The translations under genes and the position numbers were made by a program. Below the pieces are notes generated by a model. The model saw nothing but the letters and a program-made list of their open reading frames with translations. It did no database searches and was not told where the DNA came from. Positions 35,697 to 47,000 of a stretch of DNA of 64,000 nt are shown here, in pieces. Each line of letters opens with the position of its first letter. Positions within the stretch are counted from its first letter, which is position 1. The stretch comes from an uncultured Gemmatimonadales bacterium (GTDB lineage Bacteria > Gemmatimonadota > Gemmatimonadetes > Longimicrobiales > Gaopeijiaceae), in assembly GCA_963809895.1 (NCBI GenBank), contig CAWELD010000003.1:1088001-1152000 (forward strand), given 5' to 3'.

Positions 35697-36412
35697 GCCG
35701 CGCTCGCACCCCGGCCCAGCGCCGCGCGCTGCGCCCCCACCAGGCGCTCGATCCCCCCCAGGGCCAGGTCCATGAGGCGGTCCAGCTCGTCGCGGGTGAA
35801 GGGGTCGCCCTCGGCCGTGCCCTGCACCTCCACCAGGCGGCCGGACTCCGTGGCCACGACGTTCATGTCCACCTGAGCCGACGAGTCGAGGGGATAGTCC
35901 AGGTCCAGAACCGGCCGACCCTCCACGATGCCCACGCTCACGGCCGCCACGAGCTCGCGCATGGGATGACGCTCCAGGAGTCCTTCGTCCACCAGCGCGG
36001 CGCAGGCCCGGTAGAGGGCGACGCAGGCGCCGGTGATGGACGCCGTGCGCGTGCCGCCGTCGGCCTGGAGCACGTCACAATCCAGGGTCACCGTCCGCGG
36101 CCCGAGGGCCGGCAGGTCCATGACCGAGCGCAGCGAGCGGCCGATGAGCCGCTGGATCTCCTGCGTTCGCCCGCGCACGTGGCCTCGCTCGCGCGACGTT
36201 CTCGTGTGCGTAGAGCGCGGGAGCATGCCGTACTCGGCCGTGACCCAGCCGTGCCCGCTGCGCTCCCGCCAGGCCGGCACTCCCTCCTCGACCGATGCAG
36301 TGCACAGGACCCGGGTGTCACCGGTGGCGATGAGACAGGACCCCTCCGCGTACGGCGAGGGGTCCAGGGTCAGGTCGAGGGGACGGAGCGCATCGGGAGG
36401 TCTGGAGCTCAT
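35693..36412 (-). CDS. rph: Ribonuclease PH
   Basis: [38 protein letters not shown]. Confidence 0.96.
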   Translation of the reverse strand: MSSRPPDALRPLDLTLDPSPYAEGSCLIATGDTRVLCTASVEEGVPAWRERSGHGWVTAEYGMLPRSTHTRTSRERGHVRGRTQEIQRLIGRSLRSVMDLPALGPRTVTLDCDVLQADGGTRTASITGACVALYRACAALVDEGLLERHPMRELVAAVSVGIVEGRPVLDLDYPLDSSAQVDMNVVATESGRLVEVQGTAEGDPFTRDELDRLMDLALGGIERLVGAQRAALGRGASAA

Positions 36413-36891
36413 GTCTTCTCTCGGATACGGTGCAGGAGGTCGGTGGTGGAGTACCCCGGGAGGAATGGAATGACCCGGACCTCGCCACCGTCGGCCTCCA
36501 CCTCGTCGCGACCGACGATGGTGTCCAGATCATAGTCCCCACCCTTCACGAGCACGTCGGGGCGGAGCGCCTCGATGAGGGCCAGGGGCGTGTCCTCGTC
36601 GAAGAGGCTCACCGCGCTCACGGCGGCCAGCCCGGCGAGCACCCGGGCGCGGTCCCCTTCCGGTACCAGCGGCCGCGCAGGGCCCTTGAGCCTGGCGACC
36701 GACGCGTCGGTGTTGACGCCGACGACGAGCACGTCGCCCAACGCCCGCGCCGCTTCCAGGTACGCCACGTGACCGGGATGCAGGAGATCGAAGCAGCCGT
36801 TGGTGAAGACCAGCGTGCCGCGGCGTGGACGTCCGTGCCGCGCCAGGAGCGCCGGGCGATCCAGGATCTTGGCGCGCGTGTCGATGCTCAC
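36409..36891 (-). CDS. rfaE2: D-glycero-beta-D-manno-heptose 1-phosphate adenylyltransferase (stand-alone)
   Basis: [32 protein letters not shown]. Confidence 0.88.
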   Translation of the reverse strand: MSIDTRAKILDRPALLARHGRPRRGTLVFTNGCFDLLHPGHVAYLEAARALGDVLVVGVNTDASVARLKGPARPLVPEGDRARVLAGLAAVSAVSLFDEDTPLALIEALRPDVLVKGGDYDLDTIVGRDEVEADGGEVRVIPFLPGYSTTDLLHRIREKT

Positions 36892-37412
36892 CAGGTGGAC
36901 TGGGCCCCGTCCACGATCTTCTGGACGAGGAGCTCGATGGCCAGTTGGCGCCCCGTGTCCTCGGTCTCGGACGCTTCCAGGTACTCGCCCTGGGTGCGCA
37001 GCGAAGTGCTCTCCCAGAGCACCAGGTTCTGGCGAAGGTCCACGATGCGGACGGAGATGGCGATGGCCACCTGTCGCTGCAGGACCTCCGGCCGATCGCC
37101 GGCCGCGCCGGGCCGGTAGTTGGGCGCGGTGACGTCGTACGAGGTGATGGTGCCCTGCACCACGGCGTCGGCCACCTCCTCGCCGGCGGTACGAACCCCC
37201 AGCGAGCGCGGAAGCTCGCGCAGCAGCACGTCGTACACCTCCTGGGTCAGCTCCAGGCGATCCGTGTCGTTCTCGAACGGCGCCACGGCCAGGGTCTTGA
37301 TGTCCCCGAGGCTCGCCCCGGCGCGGAAGCCGTACAGACAACCCGCCTGGCTCAGCGCCAGGACGAGTGCCAGCGTCAGGCCGGCGCGACGGACGAGCGT
37401 CTTCGAGACCAT
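36888..37412 (-). CDS. lptE: LptE-like LPS assembly lipoprotein
   Basis: Lipobox [33 protein letters not shown]-terminal W. Confidence 0.72.
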   Translation of the reverse strand: MVSKTLVRRAGLTLALVLALSQAGCLYGFRAGASLGDIKTLAVAPFENDTDRLELTQEVYDVLLRELPRSLGVRTAGEEVADAVVQGTITSYDVTAPNYRPGAAGDRPEVLQRQVAIAISVRIVDLRQNLVLWESTSLRTQGEYLEASETEDTGRQLAIELLVQKIVDGAQSTW

Positions 37413-37415
37413 GCG

Positions 37416-38138
37416 TCAGGGGATCCAGATGTCGGGGGGATACGGTTCCACGTGCTCGACGGACTCCCGGGTGATGCGGAGCTCCCGGAAGGACGTGAGA
37501 TCACGGTACACCACCTCGGAGGGGAATGCATCACCGTCGCTCTCCACGGTAAGCCGCTGGATCACGCTCCCCGACCTGGAGACCTCCACGTCGCGAATGC
37601 GGCGATTCTCGTCCAGGTGGTATACGACCTGATCGCCGTTCGCGAGCCGGTACTCGAGCTGGACCCCGCCTTCGTCGAGGCGCTGCCCTCCCGCCAGGCC
37701 GATGCCCATGCCCGGACGAAAGACGCCCAGCGTGCCCCACATGAGGTGCGACGGCGGGAGGATCCCGTCCGGCACCCCAGCGGGGATGCGCAGGTCGTCG
37801 TTCACCATGGCGGCCCGCGCAGCCGTCTCGCCGTTGCTGAGGAAGAGGTCGAGGCGGGCGTGATACGGCGGCTCCACCCGCGCCACTCCGCGGCCCGACA
37901 CCCGCACCCCCTGCTCGCTCAAGGACCAGGAGAAGACGATGCGCGAGGGCTCCTGCAACGCCGTGGCGCGCTCCGCCCGGAGGGCAACCTGATTGGCGTC
38001 GAGCGGGGGGCCCATGATCACGACCTGTCGCCGGCCGCTACAGGCCCCGGCGGCGAGGGACAGGAGCGCGACGAGACCGCAGACGATCCGCGATGGTACA
38101 GACCGCCGCTGGTCGCCGGCTTGTCGCAGGAGGGTCAC
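37416..38138 (-). CDS. Hypothetical lipoprotein, beta-rich (possibly LolA/LolB-like fold)
   Basis: Hydrophobic segment ending AGAC; start uncertain; stop 4 bp upstream of the lptE start. Confidence 0.6.
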   Translation of the reverse strand: MTLLRQAGDQRRSVPSRIVCGLVALLSLAAGACSGRRQVVIMGPPLDANQVALRAERATALQEPSRIVFSWSLSEQGVRVSGRGVARVEPPYHARLDLFLSNGETAARAAMVNDDLRIPAGVPDGILPPSHLMWGTLGVFRPGMGIGLAGGQRLDEGGVQLEYRLANGDQVVYHLDENRRIRDVEVSRSGSVIQRLTVESDGDAFPSEVVYRDLTSFRELRITRESVEHVEPYPPDIWIP

Positions 38139-38310
38139 ACCCAAAGGAACACCTCGTGGATGAAGGTCGCCACGGAAGCCCATCCGGACCGGAACGCGCG
38201 CAGGCGTCGGGGCCACCGTGGAATGGTCCTCTAAGGTAAGCGGCGGGCGAGAAGTGGCGAAGGGCCGTGCGCTTGTGGCAGGTCGAAGAGATCGCCTACC
38301 TTCCGGCGCC

Positions 38311-39063
38311 ATGCCGAAATCCTCTACCGTCTACCTCGCCAGCGACGTCCATCTGGGCTCCGTCTCGAGCGAGCGCGAGCGCGCCTTCGTGGCCTGGCTC
38401 GAGTGGGCCGGAAGCCGGGCCGACGAGCTCGTCCTCAACGGCGACCTCTTCGATTTCTGGTTCGAATACCGCCACGCGATCCCCCGTGGCCACACGCGCG
38501 TGCTCGGCGCGTTGGCCGCACTGGTGGACGCGGGCTTGCCGGTTCGCCTCATGGGGGGGAACCACGACTGGTGGGGAGGCGACTATCTGGAGCAGGAGAT
38601 CGGCGTCACCTTCCACCGCGACCCGGTGATCCTGGACCTGGCGGGCCACCGCACCTTCCTGGCGCACGGCGACGGCCTGGGCTCCGGCGACCTGGGCTAT
38701 CGCATGCTCAAGGGAGTGCTGCGAGGGCGCTTCACGAACTGGGCGTTTCGCTGGCTCCACCCCGACATCGGCGCCCGGGTGGCCCGGCGCGTCTCGGTGA
38801 CGGAGCACCGCACCGGGGGTCCCGAGGCCCACGATCGCGACCGCTCCGACGCGCTCGAGGCCTGGGCGGTGGAGAAGCTCGAGGCCGAGCCGGACCTGGA
38901 CATGGTCGTTCTGGGCCACACGCACATCCCGGTTCTGCGCGCAGTGGGCGACGACCGCTGGTACCTGAACGCCGGCGACTGGGTCTACCACCACTCGTTC
39001 GCCGTGCTGGAACAAGGCCACCCCCCGGAGCTCCTGGATTGGACCGAGGTGGGGGCCGGCTAA
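38311..39063 (+). CDS. lpxH: UDP-2,3-diacylglucosamine diphosphatase
   Basis: SDVHLG, GDLFDFWFE, GNHD, HGD, GHTH, GDW motifs. Confidence 0.85.
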   Translation: MPKSSTVYLASDVHLGSVSSERERAFVAWLEWAGSRADELVLNGDLFDFWFEYRHAIPRGHTRVLGALAALVDAGLPVRLMGGNHDWWGGDYLEQEIGVTFHRDPVILDLAGHRTFLAHGDGLGSGDLGYRMLKGVLRGRFTNWAFRWLHPDIGARVARRVSVTEHRTGGPEAHDRDRSDALEAWAVEKLEAEPDLDMVVLGHTHIPVLRAVGDDRWYLNAGDWVYHHSFAVLEQGHPPELLDWTEVGAG

Positions 39064-39698
39064 CGCCCTACCGGCACCCGCGCCCCCACGTCCACACCCC
39101 CGTCGGCCCGCGACTGCACCTGGAGCTGGATCGGCCCCGGAAAGTCCTGGAGGTGGGCGCTCACGTAGGCATCGGCGCCGCTCAGGAAGACCAGGAAGAT
39201 GCCGATGGCGGTCCAGTCCTCGGACTGCTGCTTACGGGACTCCACCAGACCCCGGGCGTCGGCCACGCCCTCGTCCACCTCCAACGCCGCATCGATCATG
39301 ACGGGGTCGGTGACGCCCTCGTCGGCCAATCGCCGGCGAACGTTGGCTTCGCGGAGGTCGCGGATCCGGCGGGCGTCGCGCAGACGCGAGCGCGTCCTGA
39401 GGAACATCCACGCCGTCCCCCCCTCGGCGCCCACGTAGAACGCGCCGCGGGACCCTGCCCCGATGGCGGCGTGGCCCCAACCGGGCACGGCCAGCGCCCG
39501 CAGGAACGCACCGCGCGGCGTCACCTGGCCCGGTACCGTCGTCGCCGTATCGGCCTCCGGCGCCACCTGCGGCGGGGCCGCCTGGGCGGCAGCCTCACAC
39601 GGCAGGACCAGAAGGGCCGCAGCGAGAAGGAGCCGAGTGATGATGGTGTCGCGCCTGGATGGAGGACCGGGTGTAACGACCTGGAAGATAGAATCCAA
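39060..39698 (-). CDS. Exported/membrane hypothetical protein (DUF5683-like)
   Basis: PRGAFLRALAVPGWGH and LSGADAYVSAHL; start uncertain. Confidence 0.6.
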   Translation of the reverse strand: MDSIFQVVTPGPPSRRDTIITRLLLAAALLVLPCEAAAQAAPPQVAPEADTATTVPGQVTPRGAFLRALAVPGWGHAAIGAGSRGAFYVGAEGGTAWMFLRTRSRLRDARRIRDLREANVRRRLADEGVTDPVMIDAALEVDEGVADARGLVESRKQQSEDWTAIGIFLVFLSGADAYVSAHLQDFPGPIQLQVQSRADGGVDVGARVPVGR

Positions 39699-39789
39699 CC
39701 GCGTGCCAGGTGAAGATCCGGATCGGCCCCGCCGCGGAGCCCGGCGGGGGCCGGACTCCGGACGTCGGCGGGACCGACCCCGATGTGGA

Positions 39790-39886
39790 TGGCGGGAGCG
39801 TGTGGGAATCGAACCCACCGACCCGGGGTCTAGCCGGGCCAGCCGGTTTTGAAGACCGGTGGAGCCACCAGGCCCCATCCGCCCCC
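39790..39886 (-). tRNA. selC: tRNA-Sec (UCA)
   Basis: 97 nt; 6-bp D-stem GGGGCC/GGCTCC with 4-nt loop, anticodon loop CTTCAAA, long variable arm, T-arm GTGGG-TTCGATT-CCCAC, G73 and encoded CCA. Confidence 0.93.
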
Positions 39887-40081
39887 TCGCGCGGCCGCGT
39901 CGGGCCGGGCAGGTAAGTTCCGTAGAGAGCCGGGCAGCTTCAAGGCCCGCGACGCACCGGCCTCCGGGGAGGGAGTGGAGACGGTGCGTGTTCCCTGGGC
40001 CGAGCGCCGCGATCCAGCTACCTTGCGGGCACCCGCGCCGGTCGCCGCGGGTGCCTCAGCCGCCGCATCCTGGAGAACCCT

Positions 40082-41110
40082 ATGGTCACGACCCGCAGCC
40101 GCTCGTCGTCGGCGCCGCTGCGGCCCGTTCCGCCGGGCCACGACGACGCCACACCCGGCCACCCGGTCCGGAATCCCGGCACGCCGTTGGAGCTGGACTG
40201 GGTGCGCGAAGTCCGCGTCAATCGGAGCGCCGTCGAGCGGCGAGCCGCGACGCTGGGCACGCGCCGCTCGGTGAAGAAGGAGTGGCAGGCAGCCTGGCTG
40301 CTGCGGGCTGTGAGCTGCATGGACCTGACCACGCTCTCGGGCGACGACACGCCGGGCCGCGTGCGGCGCTTGTGCGCCAAGGCGCGCCAGCCGGTGCGGC
40401 AAGATCTGCTGGACGCCATGGGCATGGGCGATGCCGGGCTCACCGTGGGCGCCGTATGCGTCTACCACGCCTTCGTGGAGACGGCGGTACGGGCCCTGGA
40501 GGGGACCGACATCCCGGTGGCGGCGGTCTCCACGGGATTCCCCCACGGCCTCAGCCCCCTGAACACCCGCCTGGGCGAGATCAAGGCATCGGTGGCCGCG
40601 GGGGCCCGGGAGATCGACGTGGTGGTGACCCGTTCCCACGTGCTGACGTCGCGCTGGGCCGCGCTCTACGACGAGGTGCGCGCCTTCCGCGACGCCTGCG
40701 GCGAGGCGCACCTGAAGGTGATCCTGGCCACCGGCGAGCTGGGAACGCTACGCAACGTGGCCCGCGCGTCGCTGGTGGCCATGATGGCCGGCGCCGACTT
40801 CATCAAGACCAGCACCGGCAAGGAACCCGTGAACGCCACCCTGCCCGTGGGGCTCACCATGGTGCGGGCCATTCGCGCGTACCGGGAGCGGGTCGGGGTG
40901 GATGTCGGCTTCAAGCCCGCCGGCGGCATTCGCAAGGCCAAGGAAGCGCTGGTCTGGCTCATCCTCATGAAGGAGGAGCTGGGCACCGGCTGGCTGCGCC
41001 CGTCACTCTTCCGCTTCGGCGCCAGCTCGCTGCTGGGCGACATCGAGCGCCAGCTCGAGCATCACGTCACCGGCCGCTACTCCGCGGCACATCGCCATCC
41101 CCTGGCCTGA
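40082..41110 (+). CDS. deoC: Deoxyribose-phosphate aldolase (long type)
   Basis: DLTTLSGDDT, STGFP, LKVILATGEL, DFIKTSTGK, GFKPAGGIR, RFGASSLL. Confidence 0.94.
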   Translation: MVTTRSRSSSAPLRPVPPGHDDATPGHPVRNPGTPLELDWVREVRVNRSAVERRAATLGTRRSVKKEWQAAWLLRAVSCMDLTTLSGDDTPGRVRRLCAKARQPVRQDLLDAMGMGDAGLTVGAVCVYHAFVETAVRALEGTDIPVAAVSTGFPHGLSPLNTRLGEIKASVAAGAREIDVVVTRSHVLTSRWAALYDEVRAFRDACGEAHLKVILATGELGTLRNVARASLVAMMAGADFIKTSTGKEPVNATLPVGLTMVRAIRAYRERVGVDVGFKPAGGIRKAKEALVWLILMKEELGTGWLRPSLFRFGASSLLGDIERQLEHHVTGRYSAAHRHPLA

Positions 41111-41124
41111 TCGGGATTTCAGAG

Positions 41125-43537
41125 ATGAGTAAGGTATCCGAGGTCTTCGAGACCATGGAGTACGGTCCGGCACCCGAGGCGGCAGGACCGGCACAGGCCT
41201 GGCTCGACGAGCACCAGCGTGCCTTCGGGCTGTTCATCGGTGGCGAATGGGTCACTGGCGAAGCCGAAGCGTCCTTCCAGGTCATGCGACCCTCCGACGG
41301 ATCCGTCCTGGCGTCGGCGACCCAGGGAAGCACCGATGACGTGGACCGTGCCGTGGCGGCGGCCCGGAAGGCGCTGAACGACTGGCGCGCCCTGGGGCCG
41401 GCGGGTCGCGCCCGGCACATGTACGCCCTCGCCCGCGGCATCCAGCGGCGAGCGCGCCTGTTCGCGGTCCTGGAGTCCCTGGACAACGGCAAGCCGATCC
41501 GGGAATCCCGCGACCTGGACATCCCCCTGGTGGCTCGTCACTTCTACCATCACGCGGGCTGGGCCCAGCTCCTGGAGTCCGAGCCCGCGCTCTCGGGCTA
41601 CGAGGGTGTCGGCGTCGTGGGCCAGATCATCCCGTGGAATTTTCCCCTGCTCATGCTGGCCTGGAAGGTGGCGCCCGCGCTGGCCACCGGATGCACCGTG
41701 GTCCTCAAGCCCGCCGAGTACACCCCCCTCACCGCGCTCCTGTTCGCCGAGCTGTGCGCCGATGTGGGGCTGCCGGCGGGCGTCGTGAACGTGGTGACCG
41801 GTGACGGCCGCACCGGCGAGGCCCTGGTCCGGCATCCCGACGTGGACAAGATCGCCTTCACCGGCTCTACCGAGGTGGGCCGGATCATTCGGGAGGCCAC
41901 CGCCGGCAGCGGCAAGCGCGTCTCGCTGGAGCTGGGTGGCAAGAGCCCCTTCGTGGTCTTCGACGACGCCGACCTGGACTCGGTGGTGGAGGGCGTGGTG
42001 GACGCCATCTGGTTCAACCAGGGGCAGGTCTGCTGCGCCGGATCCCGCATCCTGGTGCAGGAGAGCGTGGCCGAGGAGCTCGAGGCCAAGCTCAAGGCCC
42101 GCATGGAGACGCTCCGCATGGGCGATCCCCTGGACAAGGCGGTGGACATGGGCGCCATCGTGGCACCGGTCCAGCTCGACCGCATCCGCTCGCTGGTCGC
42201 GCAGGGACAGCTCGAGGGCGCTCAGGTCTGGCAGCCGTCGTGGAGCGCCCCCGAGGACGGATGGTTCTATCCGCCGACCCTGTGCACCGACGTGGCCCCG
42301 GCCTCGACGCTGGCGCAGGTGGAGATCTTCGGCCCCGTGGTGGCGCTGCTCACCTTCCGCACGCCCTCGGAGGCCGTGGAGTTGGCCAACGACACCCGCT
42401 ACGGGCTCGCCGCCAGCGTGTGGACCGAGAGCGTGAACCTGGCCCTGGACGTCGCGCCGGCCATCAAGGCCGGAACGGTGTGGGTGAACTGCACGAATCT
42501 CTTCGATGCGGCGTCGGGTTTCGGGGGATACCGCGAGAGCGGCTACGGCCGCGAGGGCGGGCTCGAGGGCCTGTGGGAGTATCTGCGCGCCTCGTGGGAG
42601 GCCGACGCGGCGCAGCGCACGGACGAGGACGAAGAGGCGCTGACGAAGGAAGTGGCGGCAGACCGGGAAGGAGCCGCCCAGCCCGCCACCGCCGTCGACC
42701 GCACCTTGAAGCACTACATCGGCGGCAAGCAGGCCCGTCCCGATGCCGAGTACGTGCTCCCGATACGGGATCACGCCGGTCGACTCGTGGCCGAGGCGCC
42801 GCGCGGCAACCGCAAGGACGTCCGCAACGCGGTGGAAGCGGCTCGCAAGGCGGCGGCCCCGTGGGCCTCGCGCACCGCCCACAACCGCGCGCAGATCCTC
42901 TACTTCCTGGCCGAGAACCTGAGCCTGCGATCCGACGAGCTCGCCGAGCGGCTGGCCCGCTTCGGCGGCGAGCCGCGCTCGGCCGAGGCCGAAGTCACCG
43001 CGGCCGTCACGCGTCTGTTCGCGTACGCCGCCTGGGCCGACAAGTGGGATGGACGTGTCCACCACACGCCCTTCAGGAACGTTACGCTGGCCATGCCCGA
43101 GCCGGTGGGCGTCATGGGATTGGTGTGCCCGGCCGAGGCGCCGCTCCTGGGGTTGGTGTCCACGCTGGCCCCCCTCCTGGCCATGGGAAACGCGGTGGTG
43201 GCGATCCCCTCTCCCGCCTGGCCGCTGGCCGCCGCCGACCTCTATCAACTCCTGGAGACCTCGGACGTGCCGGCGGGAGCCGTCAATCTGGTCACGGGCT
43301 CAAGGAGTGAGGTGGTGCCGACCCTGGCGGCGCACGACGACGTGGACGGCATCTGGTATTTCGGCGGGCCCAGCGGTTCCGGCGAGGTGGAACGGCTCTC
43401 CACGGGGAACATGAAGCGCACCTGGTGCAGCCACGGCGTGGTGCGCGACTGGCACGATCCCCGTTCAGAGCGAGGGTCCCGAGTTTCTCAGGGAGGCCAC
43501 GCAGGTCAAGAACATCTGGGTGCCGTACGGGGAGTAG
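41125..43537 (+). CDS. ALDH16-like aldehyde dehydrogenase with extra C-terminal Rossmann-like domain; 1-nt frameshift at 43459-43462
   Basis: IPWNFP, FTGSTEVG, LELGGKSP, GQVCCAGS; removing one C gives DPVQSEGPEFLREATQVKNIWVPYGE-stop, just before the Rrf2 start. Confidence 0.88.
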
Positions 43538-43543
43538 ACGCCC

Positions 43544-43990
43544 ATGGCCGTTCTTTCCGACACGGGCGAGTACGCGCTGCGGGCCGTGCTGTACATCGCG
43601 CAGCACCAGGGTCCGAAGGGCCTGGTGCGCTCCGACCAGGTCTCCCAGGCGCTGTCCGTGCCCCGGAACTACCTGTCCAAGATCCTCTACACCCTCAGCA
43701 AGACGGGAATTCTCGAGTCCAGCCGGGGACCTCAGGGCGGGTTCCGCCTGGCGGTCCCTCCCGAGAGTCTGCTCCTGCGGCGGATCGTCGAGCCCTTCGA
43801 CACCCTCGAGCCGGGCCGCACGTGTATCCTGGGTCGGCCGCGCTGCAGCGACCAGAACCCGTGCCCCGCCCACAGCCGATGGAAAGCGATTTCCGAGCAG
43901 GTGGCGCACTTCTTCGGGCACACGACCGTGGCGGCGCTCCTGGAAGAAGGGGGTGCGTTGGATGGAGGCACCCGCCGCCGCCCGGGCTGA
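43544..43990 (+). CDS. Rrf2 family transcriptional regulator
   Basis: EYALRAVLYIA, YLSKILYTL, SSRGPQGGFRLA; three Cys (CILGRPRCSDQNPCPAH). Confidence 0.92.
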   Translation: MAVLSDTGEYALRAVLYIAQHQGPKGLVRSDQVSQALSVPRNYLSKILYTLSKTGILESSRGPQGGFRLAVPPESLLLRRIVEPFDTLEPGRTCILGRPRCSDQNPCPAHSRWKAISEQVAHFFGHTTVAALLEEGGALDGGTRRRPG

Positions 43991-44083
43991 GTGTCGCGGG
44001 CGGGCAACGGGCGCCCCGGCCGAAGCCGGGACGCCCGCCCACGAAGCCCTGTGGAGCCCCAGTGGGGCCGCCCCCGCCGACGA

Positions 44084-47000
44084 TCAGTCGGAGATGAGGT
44101 TCTCCAGTTGGATCGGCTCCATCCCCATGGAGCGCAGCATCTCGTTCAGTCGCTGCACGTCCTGCTGGATGATGACCTGAAGCTGCTGCAACTCGCCGTC
44201 CAACTGTCCCGACAACATGTCGAACACCTCGAAGGACTGATCCGTGGGCCGGGTGTCGCCACCCTCCACGATCCCCATCAGCGCCGCGATCTTGTTGTTC
44301 AGCTTGATCGGGAAGTTGAGCGGATCCTGCCCGGACCGGTTCTTCACCTGATAGATGTCCGACTCCACTCCGCTGAGCTTGTCGTTGACCTCGGTTCCCA
44401 GATCCTCGAGTCGCTGGTCGTCCGACGCCTCCAGACGATCGTCCACCTGCTCCTTGATCCCGCGAATCCGGATGACGGCCTCGTTGGCCGCACTCACCCG
44501 ATCCCGGATCTTCATGGCCAGATCGAAGCGCTGCTGCAGGTCGGCCATGGTGACGCCGGTGTCGATCAGGCGGGGGTTCATCTTGATCTCGAAGTCCTGC
44601 TCCTCGGTGACGCCGTCCACGGTGAGGCGCACCGCGTAGCGCCCCGGGAGCGCCTGCGGACCCTGGTTCCCCGCGGCCCAGAAGATGCGGCCCTCGAAGT
44701 CCGTGTAGCCCGGGTAGCGCATGTTCCACTGGAAGCGGTGTGAGCCGGCGTCCACGGACGGCGATCCTCCGCCCCCGAATCCCCGGAATCCACCTCGCCC
44801 ACCACCACCCTGGCCCTCCTCGTCCGACTCGTCCGAAGCGGTGGCCGTATAGCTCTGGATCACCTCGCCCTGATCGTCCATGAAGTCGATCTTCACGTCC
44901 TGGGCGTCGTTGGCCAGGTAGTAGTAGACCTGCACGGAGTTGTCGAAGCCCTGCACCGGATCCGCCGGATCGAACAGGTGCACGTCCGACGCCAGCACGT
45001 CGGCGTCGATCTGCCGCAGCGGGTTCATGTTGTACATGATCCAGAAGGAGCGGCCGTGGGTCGCGATGACCAGGTCGTTCTCCTCCACCACCAGATCCGA
45101 GACCTGCGTGTTCGGGAGGTTCAGGCCCAACGGCTGCCAGTGCGCACCGTCGTCCCAGGAGATGTAGACCGTCTCCTCGGTGGCGGCGTAGAGCAGCCCC
45201 GGCCGGTTCGGATCCTCGCGCACGGCGCGCACGAAGTGATCGTCGGCGATTCCGTTGACGATCTTGGTCCAGGTCTGGCCGTAGTCCTCGGTCTTCCACA
45301 CGTAGGGGTGGCGATCGTTGTCCACCAGGTAGCGGATGCCGGCCACGTAGGCCTTGCCCGCCGTCGTGGGTGACGCCTCGATGGTGTTGATGCGGACGAA
45401 GTCCGGGGCGTCGGGGGGAGTCACGTTCGTCCAGGTGGGCTGCGCGTCGGTCCCGTTGCGGGTCACGTGCACGTAACCGTCATCCGACCCCGCCCAGATC
45501 ACGTTCGGGTCGTGGTAGGAGGGTGCGATGGCGAAGACCGTCGCGTACGTCTCCACGCCGGTCTGGTCCTTGGTGATGGGTCCGCCCGACGGCCCCATGG
45601 TCGACGGGTCGGCGCGGGTGAGGTCCGGGCTGATCTGGTCCCAGCTCTGCCCCTCGTTTCGCGTGCGCCAGACCTTCTGGGTGGCGCTGTAGAGCACCTC
45701 GGGATCCAGGTGGGAGAAGACGATGGGATACGTCCACTGGGAGCGCTCGTCGATGTCCTCGGCGGAGTAGCCCATGGGATTGTCGGGCCAGATGTTCACC
45801 GGCCGGGTGATCCCCGTGGCGTAGTCGAACCGGGACATGGCACCACCGTAGCTCCCGGCGTAGAACACGTTGGGATCCAGGGGGTCGGGCGCGATGTAGC
45901 CCGACTCGCCACCGCCCACCGAGTACAGGAAGTTCGGCCCACCGGCCTGGTCGGACAGGTGGCTCCAGTCCTTGGACGGGATGCAGGCCGTGCTGTTGTC
46001 CTGCTGCGCGCCGCACACGTGATAGGGCACGTGGGCCGTGGTGATCACGCGATAGAACTGGGCCGTGGAGAAGTCCTGATCGGTCCAGGTGCGTCCGCCG
46101 TTGACGCTGACGTTGGCGCCACCGTCGTTGGAGTTGATCATGCGATCGTCGTTCGACGGCGCGATCCACAGGTCGTGGTTGTCGCCGTGGGGCACCGAGA
46201 GCCGGCCCTCGAAGGTCTTGCCGCCGTCGTCCGACCGATAGGCACCGGTGTTGAGCACGTACACCCGGTCCTTCACCTGCGGATCGGCGTAGATGCGCGT
46301 GTAGTAGAAGGCGCGCTGCCGCAGGCTGCGGTCGTCGTTTGTGCGGGTCCAGGTGGCGCCCGCGTCGTCGGACACGAACACGCCACCTTCTTCGTTCTCG
46401 ATGATGGCGTACACCCGATTGGGATCCACCGGCGAGACCGAGACCCCGATCTTACCCAGCACGCCTTCCTGCGGGAGCCCGGGGTTCCTGGAGATCTCCG
46501 TCCAGTTCTCGCCGCCGTCGGTGCTCTTGAAGAGGCCCGAGCCCGGCCCACCGGAGCTCATTCCCCAGGACTTCCGCCACGCCTCCCACAGCGACGCGTA
46601 CATGACCTGCGGATTGTTGGGGTCGAGGGTGAGGTCCTCGGCACCGGACCTGTCGTCGCGGTAGAGGACCTTGCGCCAGCTCTGGCCCCCATCGGTGGTC
46701 TTGAACACCCCGCGCTCGGGATTGGGCGCCGAGTGGACACCGAAGGCGGCGACCCACGCGGTGTTGCAGTCGTCGGGGTGGATCCGGATCCGGGAGATGG
46801 CCTGCGTGTTCTCCAGGCCGAGGTGCTCCCAGTGCTGGCCGCCGTCGCTGGAGCGGTAGACGCCGTCACCCTGCATGACGTTGCCGCGCAGCTCGGTCTC
46901 GCCCATGCCGATGTAGACCACGTCGGGATCGGCCTCGCACACCGCCACGGCACCCACCGAGGCACTGCCGAGCTGGCCGTCGGTCACGGGCCGCCAGTTC

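Noticed and set aside
25167..39886. Genomic island integrated at tRNA-His, Arg, Pro or Sec
   Set aside because: No integrase, no duplicated tRNA 3' end noticed, no evident composition shift; flanking genes are housekeeping-like
39859..44097. 1412 aa giant ALDH fusion
   Set aside because: Stop-free alternative frame over deoC plus read-through from the 43459-43462 indel; the real CDS is 41125-43537
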